Positions 42,160 through 54,540 of a DNA stretch of 64,000 bases are shown piece after piece; within the stretch, counting starts at the first letter, position 1, and each line of letters opens with the position of its first letter. The DNA lies in contig OX597821.1 in NCBI GenBank assembly GCA_951406725.2, forward strand, positions 51,770,001-51,834,000, read 5' to 3'. The stretch is from Octopus vulgaris (Eukaryota). Position numbers and translations under genes: made by a program. The notes beneath the pieces are model-generated. The model had not been told where the DNA came from, did not search any database, and worked only from the letters and a program-made list of their open reading frames with translations.

Positions 42160-42957
42160 TATGTCAGGTCGCTCTTGAGTGCTACTGGTACCATGTAGTC
42201 CAGTACAACCTGTTTCATGGCCGGGTCGTCGGCGACTGAACTGGCAACCCAGTAATCTTGAGATATTGGCTCTCGGTGTGAAAGTATAGAAGCTCTTGTG
42301 TTGAAGAAAAGGCTTAGATGGAGTGGTCATCTGGTCAGGATGAAAGATTCAAGGATACCAAAACAATTCTTTTATAGAGAGTTAGCTAAAGGAGAACGAC
42401 CTCCACATAAACCAAAACAGAGGTATTAAGACTTGCTGAAGGTTTCCTTGAAAGATGTTAGCAGCTCTCCAGACACTTGGGAGAGCATAGCTATTGACCG
42501 TAGCAGGGTGGAGAAGGATTGTGCATGAAGGGATGTCAGGAAGGACATCGCTGTTGTACTTCTAGACGGTAAGGGTCTTCTTATGACGCTGACATGCAGT
42601 ATCTTAGCAAGACTCTGCCTCAGTAAAGCTGGGCTCATGAGTCATCTTCGTAGTCATAAAGCGAGAACGATGATTGACTACCAGGCCGCTGGTGGTGGTG
42701 CTACACACAATACTAATCATATATGTCGGGCATGTGGAAGGATGTGTGATTCAGTGGGAGGACTTAATCGACATGCAAAGGTATATTAAGCCGAATTACA
42801 ATTACAGCCGGCTATTGCCAGTAAAGGTTTTAGCTGCCAATTCTGTCCAAGACATTGTAGGTCTTTAGCTGGGCTAAAAAGTCACATTCGATCACAGCAC
42901 CGTTAACAGTTAAGCCTCGTGCAATGGCCATACTCGATAACGTCGGGGCAGCCATCA
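42160..42957 (+). mobile_element. RTE-clade LINE 3' end with C-terminal C2H2 fingers and (ATGT)n tail
   Basis: LRWSGHLVRMKDSRIPKQFFYRELAKGERPPHKPKQRY*D...WESIAIDRS is a typical RTE C-terminus; stops and frameshifts present. Confidence 0.88.
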
Positions 42958-42987
42958 TGTATGTATGTATGTATGTGTGTATGTATG

Positions 42988-43021
<34 letters not shown>

Positions 43022-43039
43022 TGTATGTATGTATGTATG

Positions 43040-43207
43040 TATTGTATGTGTATGTATGTGCAGATTTGTATGTTTTATGTATGTATTCTCATGCAAATAT
43101 AGTTGCATATCTAGACATGCTCATATATATTTAAATGATAAACTGGAAAGTTTTACAGCTTTTCCAGTTCCAGTGATGGATTGGATCTGTAGCCTTCATA
43201 TTAGCTT
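43040..43207 (-). mobile_element. RLE-type LINE ORF terminus, same family as 26404-26540
   Basis: Reverse complement aagctaatatgaaggctacagatccaatccatcactggaactg...ctgtaaaactttccag. Confidence 0.6.
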
Positions 43208-44088
43208 CACTGGTACAATCCACCAGTATTCCTTTCTATTTATTATAAGTGGCTATGGCTTCTACTATATTGTGGGTTCTTATTTATTTGTCCTAGGGAT
43301 TATCCTTCCGACGGATGTGTGTATGTGAGTACTATAACGCGCACATGACAGATTTACAAGCATACACGCACATCACATAAAAAGAAACACAGCAGATATA
43401 CGCAAAAACTCTTCAAGTCAGCTCCAGCTCTCAACAGAGAAATAACACACATATATCAAATGCAAACGCACATGCACTAGACATACACACACAGCGGTTA
43501 CAAACGTATACGTTTATGTGCACGCACACACATAAACTATCATACGCACCATATCATGTAATACGCACGCATACATATATAGTGACGAAATGATGTTACA
43601 CAGCAGGACGAGCACACCGCATACACACTAACGAACTGATGTCGCTAACACACAAAATTCCACTTCCTAGACGGTGTTACCACCAACATCCCGTCCTAGC
43701 ACGTGATCCTCGGAATTCAGCCTGGCGTACAGAATTGGAATTGATGTCGCTTTTATATTAATAATACAATGTGACCCACGTTAGCCTTAGCTGCGCAATA
43801 TCCAGATATTTGCCTCAATCGGTTTCTACAAGCCTTGAAGAACGTAGGAAACTTCAAATTGTATGGAGTCATGTCAAACTGTTGATTTCTTGTTAAATAA
43901 ATTTTATGTGAGTGTGGGTGTATAATATATATATATAATATATACATGTATATATATATGTATCTCTCTTTCTCCCTCCCTCTCTCCCTCTCTTTCTTTC
44001 TCTCTCTCTATAAATATATATATATATGTACATATACATGTATGTATATTTATATTGTGTGTGTTTGTGTATGCATGTATACTTGTAT

Positions 44089-44152
<64 letters not shown>

Positions 44153-44382
44153 ATTTTAATATGGCTAACCCCTAAGGGTGGATGCTACTGTAGTTTGTAG
44201 CCCCAGGAAGACACCTCCTATTCAAATGGCAAATATACGTCACGATGTGTTACCGCTACTGTTTATAACTCGCTCTGAGATTTATCATTATATATATATA
44301 TATATATTAATTACATATGTCTATGTATATATATATGTATGTATGTATGTGCATGTATATATGTATTATACATACTGTATGT

Positions 44383-44437
<55 letters not shown>

Positions 44438-44744
44438 GTCAAGGTTTAAATAATTAACATTACACATTATTCTCTTAGAGTAAATTTACTACAGTAAAGC
44501 AATATGTAATGACAATAATTTATGCTTTGTCTTGTATATCTCGCTGTCTAAAAACCAATCGAATTGGCACACAACCATGGATTTACAATATAGAATGGTA
44601 ATCACAAGAATACGCGGAGTTCTTTATTAATCTAAAAATATTGTTAGCCTAGTGTACTAACAAGGACCTTATAAAGCATTTTGCCCGGATTGATAATCAC
44701 TCATTAAGATATATATATATATACATACGTACATACATACATAT

Positions 44745-44837
<93 letters not shown>

Positions 44838-44867
44838 CGTACATACATACACATATATAAATATATG

Positions 44868-44899
<32 letters not shown>

Positions 44900-45413
44900 T
44901 GCATGTATGTATGCATGTATGTATGTATGTATGTATGTATGTATGTATGTATGTATGTATGTATGTATGTATGTATGTATGTATGTATGTATGTATGTAT
45001 GTATGTATGCATGTATTTTTTACTTTTCCAACCTATGTCCTACAACAGAAAGGACAGGTCAGGAGAGGAAATAAAGCGTGTCTAAATCAAACGGTCAGGG
45101 CAGGCATGAACATATGTATATATATAGATAGATATATGTGTATGTGTGTGTGTGTGTAACTAAATATATATATGCATGAATGTGTGTGTGTGTGTGTATC
45201 TGAGTATGTGCGTGCGCGTACGTGCGTGTGTAAGAATGTTATAATGTAGAGAATGGAACTGGTAAAGGACGGACTGCACTTGTCTCAGAGCTAAAACAAT
45301 GTTGTTTACATAACCTGTAAAATATATAAAACCTTTTTAGCGAATTATCAGGTCTTATCGTGGATCATATTTATCAATTACTACATGTATGTGTGTGTAT
45401 ATATATATATATA

Positions 45414-45467
<54 letters not shown>

Positions 45468-45468
<1 letters not shown>

Positions 45469-45598
45469 TTTATTTAAAGCAGCAGAAAATTCAACAAAAT
45501 CTGTTACTCTGAATTTCTCGTTGCCGTTCATCAGATGAACGGCAACGAGAAACTCAGAATAACAGATTTTGTTGAATTTTCTGCTGCTTTAAATAAAG
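45468..45598. repeat. Hairpin with arms of about 65 bp made of two opposed hammerhead-bearing PLE terminal fragments, in (TA)n
   Basis: Arms are near-perfectly complementary; the minus arm reads CTGATGA-acg-gcaa-cga-GAAA-ttcagaGTA-acag. Confidence 0.8.
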
Positions 45599-45667
45599 CA
45601 TATTACTCTACCACTGGTATTTGAGTACTCTTTTTTCCACCTTGTTTCACATTTATGTGGTTACTCC

Positions 45668-45707
<40 letters not shown>

Positions 45708-45749
45708 GTTTGTGTATTTATTTGCATCATTGTATTATATATTTATAAC

Positions 45750-45802
<53 letters not shown>

Positions 45803-47247
45803 CATATATATATATATATCGATAAATACATGCCACTTCTCTGTGTATAAATATATGGTCTATCTTAAAGAATACTAATATTCTAATTATATCCAAAATG
45901 TATAAACGAGTTGAGATGTGAATAAGATTATGAGATCCCTTTTCTAGAGCCTCTCTTGCATGGGATGAGCAATGTAGTACTTTTATAGGGCTGCTTCATC
46001 ATACATACATCTGTAAGGGAAAATAGCCATTCAGTCACAGATGCCACTAAGCGCTGTTTCATCTTTTATATATACATAGTCTTACACATATTGTCATTCA
46101 CGTATGCTAAGAAACAGACACATACATGCATACATACATACCTTTATACCTACATATATTCAGACATATGAAGCCGTTACATGTCCGCTTACACACACAC
46201 ACTTACACACGCGCGCATAACACCGTTAAGTATATTTTTGATATGTGCTAGTTAATAGATGAAGGGAGATAATTCGGCTTTCTTTAAGGGAGTCATTAAA
46301 ACATCGGGAACTTTTCGCTGATTTTAAATTTTATATTTATTTTTTGTTTCAACATTACTAACTTTTCTTCTTTTGAATGTGGTTATGGTGCCTGCGTTTT
46401 AGAGATGAAGAAAGCGAACGAGTAGTGCGACAGAGAGTGGGAGGAAGAATAAAGATTTGCGTGTGTGTGTGTGTGTGTGTGTGTGTTGACAGTAACATAC
46501 GGTACAACATAAACACATTGATTTGACGTCAATGTAGTCCGATCAATGTGCCATTTCATCTGTCGTCAGCGTCCTACGGTTGGACGAACACGCAACATAT
46601 TGGAACAGATTACTAATCGATTATACCAATCGATCCCAGTTCTTCATTTTATCGATACAAGATGGATGAAAGACAAAACCTTCAAGTCATTTTATTCGCT
46701 ACTAAAAGTATTCTATCACCCACTGCAACACGCGTAGAAGAAGAAATACACTCAGTGGTTGAAATGGTCACGTTGTTGACACTGCAGTCATCTTCCTGCT
46801 TACCAACAAAAATAGCGTACAAAACTTATGGTATTGCTCCAGGATGGCTACAGGCCGCTAACCTTAATCTATAAAAATGGTTCGGGAATTTGGCTTTTAT
46901 TCAAGAACTCTGGAATTCGATTTCCTGTTTGAAGACTCTATTCTTGGTGTGGTAGACTTAACCTTTTGTTTGGGTAACTAAAGCAGGGGAGAATCGAGTA
47001 ATATGTCCGGTCTTAGGATCACTTCCGCTTTTCTTCTTTCCCACGAGTTTCGAAGATCCCTAAAAAGAGCTTCGGAATAACCGTATCTCTTGCTTCTTTC
47101 CTCCAGCCATCCCAGCAGTCTTGGAAAACCCTACAGAGGGGATGAGGATAATTTCCTTCCTTGCTCCCTTCCTCCTCTCAACTTGCAATTAATATTTCTT
47201 ACAAATTACGCACGAAAAGCCATTATTTTACCAGAAGCTCAATTCCG

Positions 47248-47665
47248 AAGGCGGCGAGCTGGCAGAAACGTTAACACGCCGGCCGAAATGCTTAGCAGTA
47301 TTTTGTCTGCCGCTACGTTCTGAGTTCAAATTCAGCCGAGGTTGACTTTGCCTTTCATCCTTTCGGGATCGATTAAATAAGTACCAGTTACGCACTGGGG
47401 TCGATATAATCGACTTAATCCGTTTGTCTGTCCTTGTTTGTTCATTCTGTGTTTAGCCCCTTGTGGGTAGTAAAGAAATAGGTATTTCGTCTGCCGGTAC
47501 GTTCTGAGTTCAAATTCCGTCGAGGTCGACTTTGCCTTTCATCCTTTCGGATTCAATTAAATAAGTATCAGTTATGCACTAGGGTCGATGTAATCGACTT
47601 GATCCCTTTTGTCTGTCCTTCTTTGACCCCTCTATATTTAGCCCCTTGTGGGCAGTAAAGAAATG
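47248..47665 (+). mobile_element. SINE family A dimer with 14-bp TSD
   Basis: TSD agaagctcaattcc at 47233-47246 and 47666-47679; internal junction aaagaaata/ggtatttcg. Confidence 0.95.
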
Positions 47666-47682
47666 AGAAGCTCAATTCCACG

Positions 47683-48746
47683 CTATATTCTATTTGGTAG
47701 GTTTCGAGGCAAAAACATCCCTGCACTCGTTTTCAACCTCACCCAACTTTTGAACCTCCATCTGTGCAGAAAATAAGCTGATGGTGCAAAGTCTGGACTG
47801 TAGGCATGGTCAGGCAGCACTTCTAGCCTCTCAAATTCCTCAAGTTTGCACTTGGTCATATTGGAAGTGTGTTCAGGGGCATTGGCATGCCGTATGAGTG
47901 AACATCTTCGATTGACCAATGCGGTCTTTCAAAGCATATACTCGCTGCAGTTATTAATCATAAAGGTTTGCGTTCACAACATTACCATCTGGGACAACCA
48001 CAAAAAGCAATGTTCCTTCAAAATTCCACCACCCACACTTTATAATGTTCTATTCCAACAACCCTTGTTTGACAACAGGCTCCGAAGCTTGGCCGGAACG
48101 AAGCCACTGAATTCTGTTATTAGGATTACAAAAATAGATCCATTTTTCATCCCCGGTTACAATTACGATACCAAAAACACGCATCACGAGGATTTCGAAG
48201 CAGCTATCTGCAAACGTTCACACGTCGCTGAGCCTGGTCATTAGTCAGTTCATGGGGGAGCTTCTTAACAACATCTGCTCACAAGTCCAAGCTTTTTGAG
48301 TCGTCGAGTGATGGTGCTTTGTGGAGGGTCAAGTTCTGCAAATAATGTACGAGTGCCTGTGCTTAGCTGTTGTTTAACCATTTCAAGCTTGGACTCATTT
48401 TCCACAACCGGTTTCCTTGGCCTTGGTTTGTCTTCAAGAGTGGCATCCCCTTCCTTAATATTTTAGCTCGTTATGTGCAACATGTTCGTTGACATTTCAT
48501 AGGCCTTCCGTATCATTAATTTATTTTTCCACTGCCCTTGCACTCCAACACTTTCTCCACACGTAGTGTCCAATGACTCTAATTGCATCTTTTTCACCGC
48601 TCATTATCAAAGTTCTAAAATAAATAATAAACAATTCAGCAACGATTGGGCAACGCGTTGTATCAAATTCATGATATAACATGGCGAGACATGTTACCCA
48701 AAATCATCAGTGAAAATCCAAAAAAATCTTCTGACTCCACCTGGTA
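47683..48746 (-). mobile_element. Decayed mariner (Tc1/mariner) transposon, transposase pseudogene
   Basis: Minus-strand motifs KEGDATLEDKPRP, IVTGDEKWIYFCNP and HANAPEH...VLPDHAYSPDFAPSAYFL; TA-flanked TIR-like end ccaggtggagtcagaag at 48744. Confidence 0.9.
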
Positions 48747-48993
48747 CATGATTATTCTTTCGTTACTGTCTTTACTTTTACTTATGTACATTTTCCCATT
48801 CTCCTAACAACTCGTCCGTTTTACCTCCAGTAGCATTTTGCTGTTGACTCCACCAAATTGAACAATATCGTCGATAAGGCGCCAAAAACGTGAGGAATTT
48901 TGGTGGATAACTAATTAGGATTTAGCGTGTCCATATCCTCTGTGTATATATGTTTCCGTCTGTTCCTTCGTCGTCCTCCTGTGCCACATTTTA

Positions 48994-49024
<31 letters not shown>

Positions 49025-49034
49025 CATACAATTC

Positions 49035-49385
49035 TCATTTGTACCTATCATCATAGGTGCATTTAGCACCGACAAATTTGCACAAGACACAAGAACCTAG
49101 AAGTGTTCGGTTTCATAGAAAAAGAGCAAAAGAATCAGACACGGATTCTCCAAATCCAATCTCTTAGAGGCACACTGAAGATTTGGAAGACATCCTAAAA
49201 ATTCTCCATCTGAGATTCTTAAGTAATTTAGATGTACACACTTAGGTGTATGCATTAACAGTTCAACCAACACAACAACTCAATCACATATTCACAAGCA
49301 CCGGGAACTCTCTCGACTGAAAAAGTATTGTAGCTTTGTTAGCGACCGGCTTGAACTCTCCGAAGAACGTAAATAAAACTCAAAG
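49035..49385 (+). mobile_element. RLE-type LINE 3' remnant directly after (CATA)n
   Basis: FVPIIIGAFS and LQIQSLRGTLKIWKT resemble the RLE C-terminus; ends about 60 bp upstream of the first exon. Confidence 0.6.
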
Positions 49386-49447
49386 AAAAATCATAGATAC
49401 ATTGACTCATCTAATTCATATTCTATTCTTCTTATTTTCTACTGCAG

Positions 49448-49519
49448 GATGTTTTAGAAAACGAGGAAATGAAGCTGGACACAATGTTTCGCTATTCTTT
49501 GATGCAAGATATTGTCAGG
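49448..49519 (+). CDS. NPR1: Internal exon of a receptor (membrane) guanylyl cyclase, natriuretic peptide receptor NPR1/NPR2-like, kinase-homology domain (DVLENEEMKLDTMFRYSLMQDIVR)
   Basis: Pyrimidine tract plus ctgcag acceptor, 72 nt in phase 0-0, gtaagt donor. The peptide resembles the NPR1 segment [24 protein letters not shown] (from memory) and joins in frame to the next exon. The symbol is a family-level call, not proven orthology. Confidence 0.92.
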
Positions 49520-50374
49520 GTAAGTTTAATCAGATGCTATTTTTCCCAACTCAATATGACGTTCGACGATTGTGTCAAGGGAAATAACTCTAAAAGTTTA
49601 AAAAGTTTATTTAGAGTAATTTCCCTTGGACTGCAACGTTTTTTGACTACATGTCATTTGTTGAATGACGTTGATTTAACAGTTACAGATACCAGCCGAT
49701 AATTTATGGTTTCAGTCAATGGAAAAGAAAAAAAAACACCATTGTCATGATCGTCCTCGTCGTCGACTTTAAAAATGAGGCATTTGTTGTATATTGTGGT
49801 TTTGGATTCCTGCACCAAGGAAAAAAATCGGACTCCATACCTGGAATGCATTTAATCAAGGCGAGCCTAGGGCTAAATAATTGATTAATTTATTTATTGT
49901 TTCGCTTCAGATCAACCCTGATTGAACAGGAGAGAAAGGTTGCTGCTACTAATGAGTTACAACTACATAGAGATCCTTATATTGCTTCACTTCGTGCTCG
50001 CGTTTTTTTTTGTTTTATTTTTTTTTTTTTCTCTTATTGAATATAAAGAGATAAAAGATTTAGTGGGCTTATTTGAGGATTGAATATAGAATATTTAGTA
50101 ACCGAACACTATTAATATTGTTTTAAAAAAAACGCTATAGGATATAACGTCAGAGGTAGCCTATATAAAGAGGAGGGATAAAGCATATATATAAATATAT
50201 ATACATATATATATATATATGTACACACACATATGTATATATATATATATATATAAGTTTAACAATTAAGGATAACTTCTTAATAAGGGATCTTAACAAG
50301 AAATTATCAGGTAGTTAGCGTGAAAACCTCATAAAAGAAAAGAATTCGAAAATAATTTTTTTCCTTTGAACAAA

Positions 50375-50637
50375 TTAATTATATCTATATTGTATAGAGG
50401 GCATTAATACACATAAATGCCTCACACTAAGAGGGACAAAGTCATTACTACCAAAATTACACTAATCATAATTACACTAATCATGCAGTTCTTCAAAGCA
50501 AGACATTTAAAATGTCTTGCTTTGAAGAACTGCATTTAGGTATGATTAGTGTAATTTTGGTAGTAATGACTTTGTCCCTCTTAGTGTGAGGCATTTATGT
50601 GTATTAATGCCCTCTATACAATATAGATATAATTAAT
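50375..50637. repeat. Long hairpin (arms about 125 bp) adjoining (TA)n
   Basis: ttaattatatctatattgtatagagggg...gcaagacattt / aaatgtcttgc...ccctctatacaatatagatataattaa. Confidence 0.92.
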
Positions 50638-51560
50638 ATATATATATTTTTTTTTTTTATTTGAGAACAGGGAAATGAATAGTACTTATACGCTGCTTAA
50701 TTGAGGCTTTATTTAATTTCAAACTCATAATTTTAAATTCTTACTTTTAAATCTTAATTGTAATTTGTAATTTTAATTCCTAACTTAATCTAATTTAAGT
50801 AGCATAACTCTAATAAAATAAAATGAGTTACTATAGCCCCATAATTCTATTTCAAAATTAAATAAATAAGGCTACTCCCTCGGTGATAATATGATTATCT
50901 TCATTATGATAGACAATCCCCTAACACCTTGTAAATGATCTTCTAAGATTTGACCTGTAGTCCGTCAATGTATGAATAATAAAGGCAACTCCTTAAGACA
51001 ATATAATGAATAAATTAAATAAGTAAACTTTAATGACTTTTTGATAAGATTATACTTAGATTTTCCTAATGTATTTTCTTTTGATTTTAGCATCTGACCC
51101 CTAAACCCCTGACTGTGTTATCTCTTTAGATTCTCTTTAAATTCATAGCTGATTTCAACAGCAATAAATTAGCTGTTTTACTGGTCAAAGAATAATATTC
51201 TCCTCTAGTTCCTAGATGCCTGTAAATTAAAACCAGACTTGCCGTCTGCTAATTCTTCTGTATAACTAGAACCCTCTTTTTTTCTTTTTCTTTTTCCCTT
51301 CTTTCCCTATTTCTTTCTCTTTTTTCTCTTTTTTCTTTTTCTTCTTCCTATTCTCTTTTTCCTTTTCTCTTCTCTTTTAGTCCCTCTCCCCCCCCTTTTT
51401 TGCTCCCTCCTCCTTTATTTTCTCTCTTTTCTTCTATTCCCTCCCCTTTTCTATTCTTTGCCTCTCTAGAAAGCCCTTCAGCCTTTAAAAGTTAAATAGC
51501 TACAGCCTCTTGTAAATAGCAGTAATGTGATTAATGTGGCAAATACCTAATCATATAACA

Positions 51561-51846
51561 AGAATTGATACCTACCTCATTGTGTTCAACCATTGATAAA
51601 TTTATCGCCTGTGAATATGAAATTCCTCTTCATTTCTCTGGAAATTTACATCTACACCATTGGAAATTGTGCATCTATACAAAGGATTAATTCACCCTCT
51701 CTGTAATGCTAATAAGCAGGAATTGAGACCCACCTCGTTGTGATTAACAATGGATAAATTTGTCGTCTGTGAGTATGTAATCCCTCATCATATCTCTGGA
51801 AATTCATATGTGCACTATGGATTAGGTCACCTTCTCTGTGATGCTG
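51561..51846 (+). repeat. Diverged tandem duplication, unit about 155 bp
   Basis: gaattgatacctacctcattgtg... repeated as gaattgagacccacctcgttgtg... Confidence 0.8.
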
Positions 51847-51991
51847 TTAAAACTTTTTTAAAATTCTGTGATAAGACTGTACATCATCTTTAAAGAACTT
51901 TAATGAACTTTGGAAATCTGTTTATGTTACTTAATTATCTACTTCATGAGTATAGCCTCAACCAATAGGATGTCTAGAGAACTCACATGTA

Positions 51992-52082
51992 TTTTAGCTG
52001 ATGAGTACAGGACACGTTTATATGCTGTAATTTTTGCAACTTTTAATAAAGCCTGTCCTTGTATGAAACGATTGTACTAAAA
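51992..52082 (+). ncRNA. Type I minimal hammerhead ribozyme (PLE-type)
   Basis: Stem I ttttag/ctaaaa; core CTGATGA 51998-52004; stem II gtacaggaca/tgtcc(t)tgtat; GAAA 52065-52068; minimal stem III C-gatt-G; cleavage triplet GTA ending at 52076. Confidence 0.72.
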
Positions 52083-52799
52083 ACCTATCCATTCTTGTTG
52101 CTTCTTTCTCACGTATATATATATATATATATAAGTACACACACATGCATATATGTATTTATGTATGCATATAAATATATTTATGCACACAAACACACAC
52201 ACACATGCACATACACACACAGAAGCACCCACACAAATATCCATTGTGGCACTAGAATTAATGGTGTGAGTTTAGTTAATGAAACTTACCCCAGAAAAGT
52301 CTGAACTCTCAATATAAAATATTGTCAGTTAATATCATGAGTTATCTAGCTGCGTGTGCTGTTCCTGCTCTCTCATCAATTTATCAAAACGTTATTCTTA
52401 ATAACCCCCCAACCACACCATCATCAGTATCTGGTTGGTATATATATATTATAGATCCCTCTCAAGTGAGATGAAACATAAAGTAGTGCCTATTTTATAT
52501 GTAACAGAACATGGCTAAATACAGCAGTGGTTTGGACTTTTTTTTTTTTTTTTACCTGAATCTATCAATTAGATTACTTCGCAGTAATCAAAGTTGTAAA
52601 AATCTGCTCTTATAGTTAACCTAATATTGTAGGGCTCATCGTTTTAGAAATCCATCCATATAAACCATGATTATCCATCTTTAAAATCACCCCTATGATA
52701 ATCCAACATTATAGCTATTGTTAAGCATTGGCAACAAGTCTAATATAATAAGAGATAACCTATAAAACACTAATGAACTCACAAATCTAAGGTGGTGTG

Positions 52800-53150
52800 A
52801 ATTCTCAACCAGAGTCCATATGGCTCCTGTGGGTCCATATCAGATTTTGCGGTGTCTACGCCACAAAATAGTAAATTGGGGATCCACAACGGTGCTTTAA
52901 GTGCCCTTGAAAAGGTTTTGCTTTAAATGAATGTATTGATATGTATTGCAAGACACAGCTAGGTTTCTTTCTCTAATATTTTACTTAGTTCAATCTACAA
53001 AGGTTAATATGCAAAAAACAAAATAGCAATTTTGAAACAAGTTTCTATAAAATTAGTTTGTTAACATCAAATAGCTATGGGGGTGGAGACCATCAGAAAA
53101 AAATAGTAATCAGAGATGCCCATAGATAAAAAATGATTGAGGATCTCTGT
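52800..53150. mobile_element. Degenerate hAT (Charlie-like) MITE
   Basis: Ends ttctcaacc... and ...attgaggatctctg resemble CAGTGGTTCTCAA-type TIRs; internal gggtcca/ggatcca subterminal motifs. Confidence 0.45.
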
Positions 53151-53249
53151 ATTAAATAATATTTAATAAGATTAAGATTAAATTTACTTAAATGTCATCT
53201 GTCCAAATATTCAACTCAGAATTTCTATGTATCTGTGTATTTATTACAG

Positions 53250-53415
53250 GGCATGGCCTACCTCCAAAACAGTGAGATCAAGAGTCATGGTAACTTGAAG
53301 AGTTCCAACTGTGTCATCGACAGCAGATTTGTGTTGAAAGTCACTGATTTTGGCCTTCACTCGCTGCGAGGACATGATTATACTGCTGAAACGGACACCT
53401 ATGCTTATTACAATA
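53250..53415 (+). CDS. NPR1: Next internal exon of the same receptor guanylyl cyclase ([55 protein letters not shown])
   Basis: ttattacag acceptor, 166 nt (phase 0 to 1), gtaagt donor. [23 protein letters not shown] is the pseudokinase signature of receptor guanylyl cyclases. Confidence 0.95.
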
Positions 53416-53941
53416 GTAAGTATTGTATCTATACTTGACATCTGATTCCCTACTCTTCTCTCTCTCTCTCCTTCTTATTCATATATATATTCATATATAT
53501 ATATATACACACAATACAAAATGGGACAAGAACGCAAAACATCCAGATAGATGATACAAAGAAAACAAGGACGAGTCATTCGGTGTTTTGTTTCCTGTCG
53601 AGTTCCAGATTATCTTTGCAATTTTGGCTGATTATTCTTGAGATTGCTCCAATCTGGCCAGTCCCAAGGAAAAACTAAGCTAAGAGCATTAGATTCCTTG
53701 GAAGAAATTAGCAAATATATACAAAAACAAGGATGAAAAGAATGGACAATGTTACACAAATACAATAAAAATAATAACAGGACATACAACAGGTGTCTTT
53801 CGACTAAGGACAAATTAAATTAAGCTGGCCTGTGTGGTAGTAAAGCCTTACTGCAGGGATACAAAGTTTCACGGGCATGGGGTCTGTTGTGCTTACATTT
53901 TATTGAGGTCTACACTGGTACAATCCACCAGTATTCCTTTT

Positions 53942-54152
53942 TGTTAGCACGCCGGGCAAAATGCATAGCTGTATTTCGTCTGTCGTTACGTTCTGAGTTC
54001 AAATTCTGCCACGGTCGACTTTGCCTTTCATCCTTTCGGGGTCGATAAATTAAGTACCAGTTACGCACTGGGGTCGATGTAATCGACTTAATCCCTGTGT
54101 CTGTCCTTGTTTGTCCCCTCTGTGTTTAGCCCTTTGTGGGTAGTAAAGAAAT
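53942..54152 (+). mobile_element. SINE family A, slightly 5'-truncated
   Basis: gttagcacgccgggcaaaatg...gtgggtagtaaagaaata. Confidence 0.9.
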
Positions 54153-54420
54153 ATATATATATAATTTATATTTTGTATCTTTTCATTTGTCTTGCTCGCT
54201 TATGTTCTGGCGTTTGCTGAATTTTCTTGAGAACAATCTTTTCTTAGTGGTCAGACCATATGGAGTCTACTTCCAGCATAATGGATGTCCACTTAGTGGT
54301 CATCCCTCTTATATGTATGTAATATAATTTTTCTGAATGTTCAGATTTTCAATATGCTAGGCCACTGATACTTAAATTGATATTAATCAAATTAATATTC
54401 AATTTTTCACCCTTATTATT

Positions 54421-54454
<34 letters not shown>

Positions 54455-54540
54455 GGGAGAAATTGATTTGGTACACAATATTATGATAATGACGAAATCA
54501 GCAGTTGCAACGATAAAAATTTGTTGTTATAATTGCATGT

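Larger units (their letters stand above)
49520..53249 (+). other. GT-AG intron (3730 nt) of the guanylyl cyclase gene
   Basis: Lies between two in-frame exons; begins gtaagt and ends ttacag. Confidence 0.9.

Noticed and set aside
42583-42906. Host C2H2 zinc-finger gene
   Set aside because: Continuous with an RTE C-terminus, frameshifted, lacks TGEKP linkers and ends in the LINE tail.
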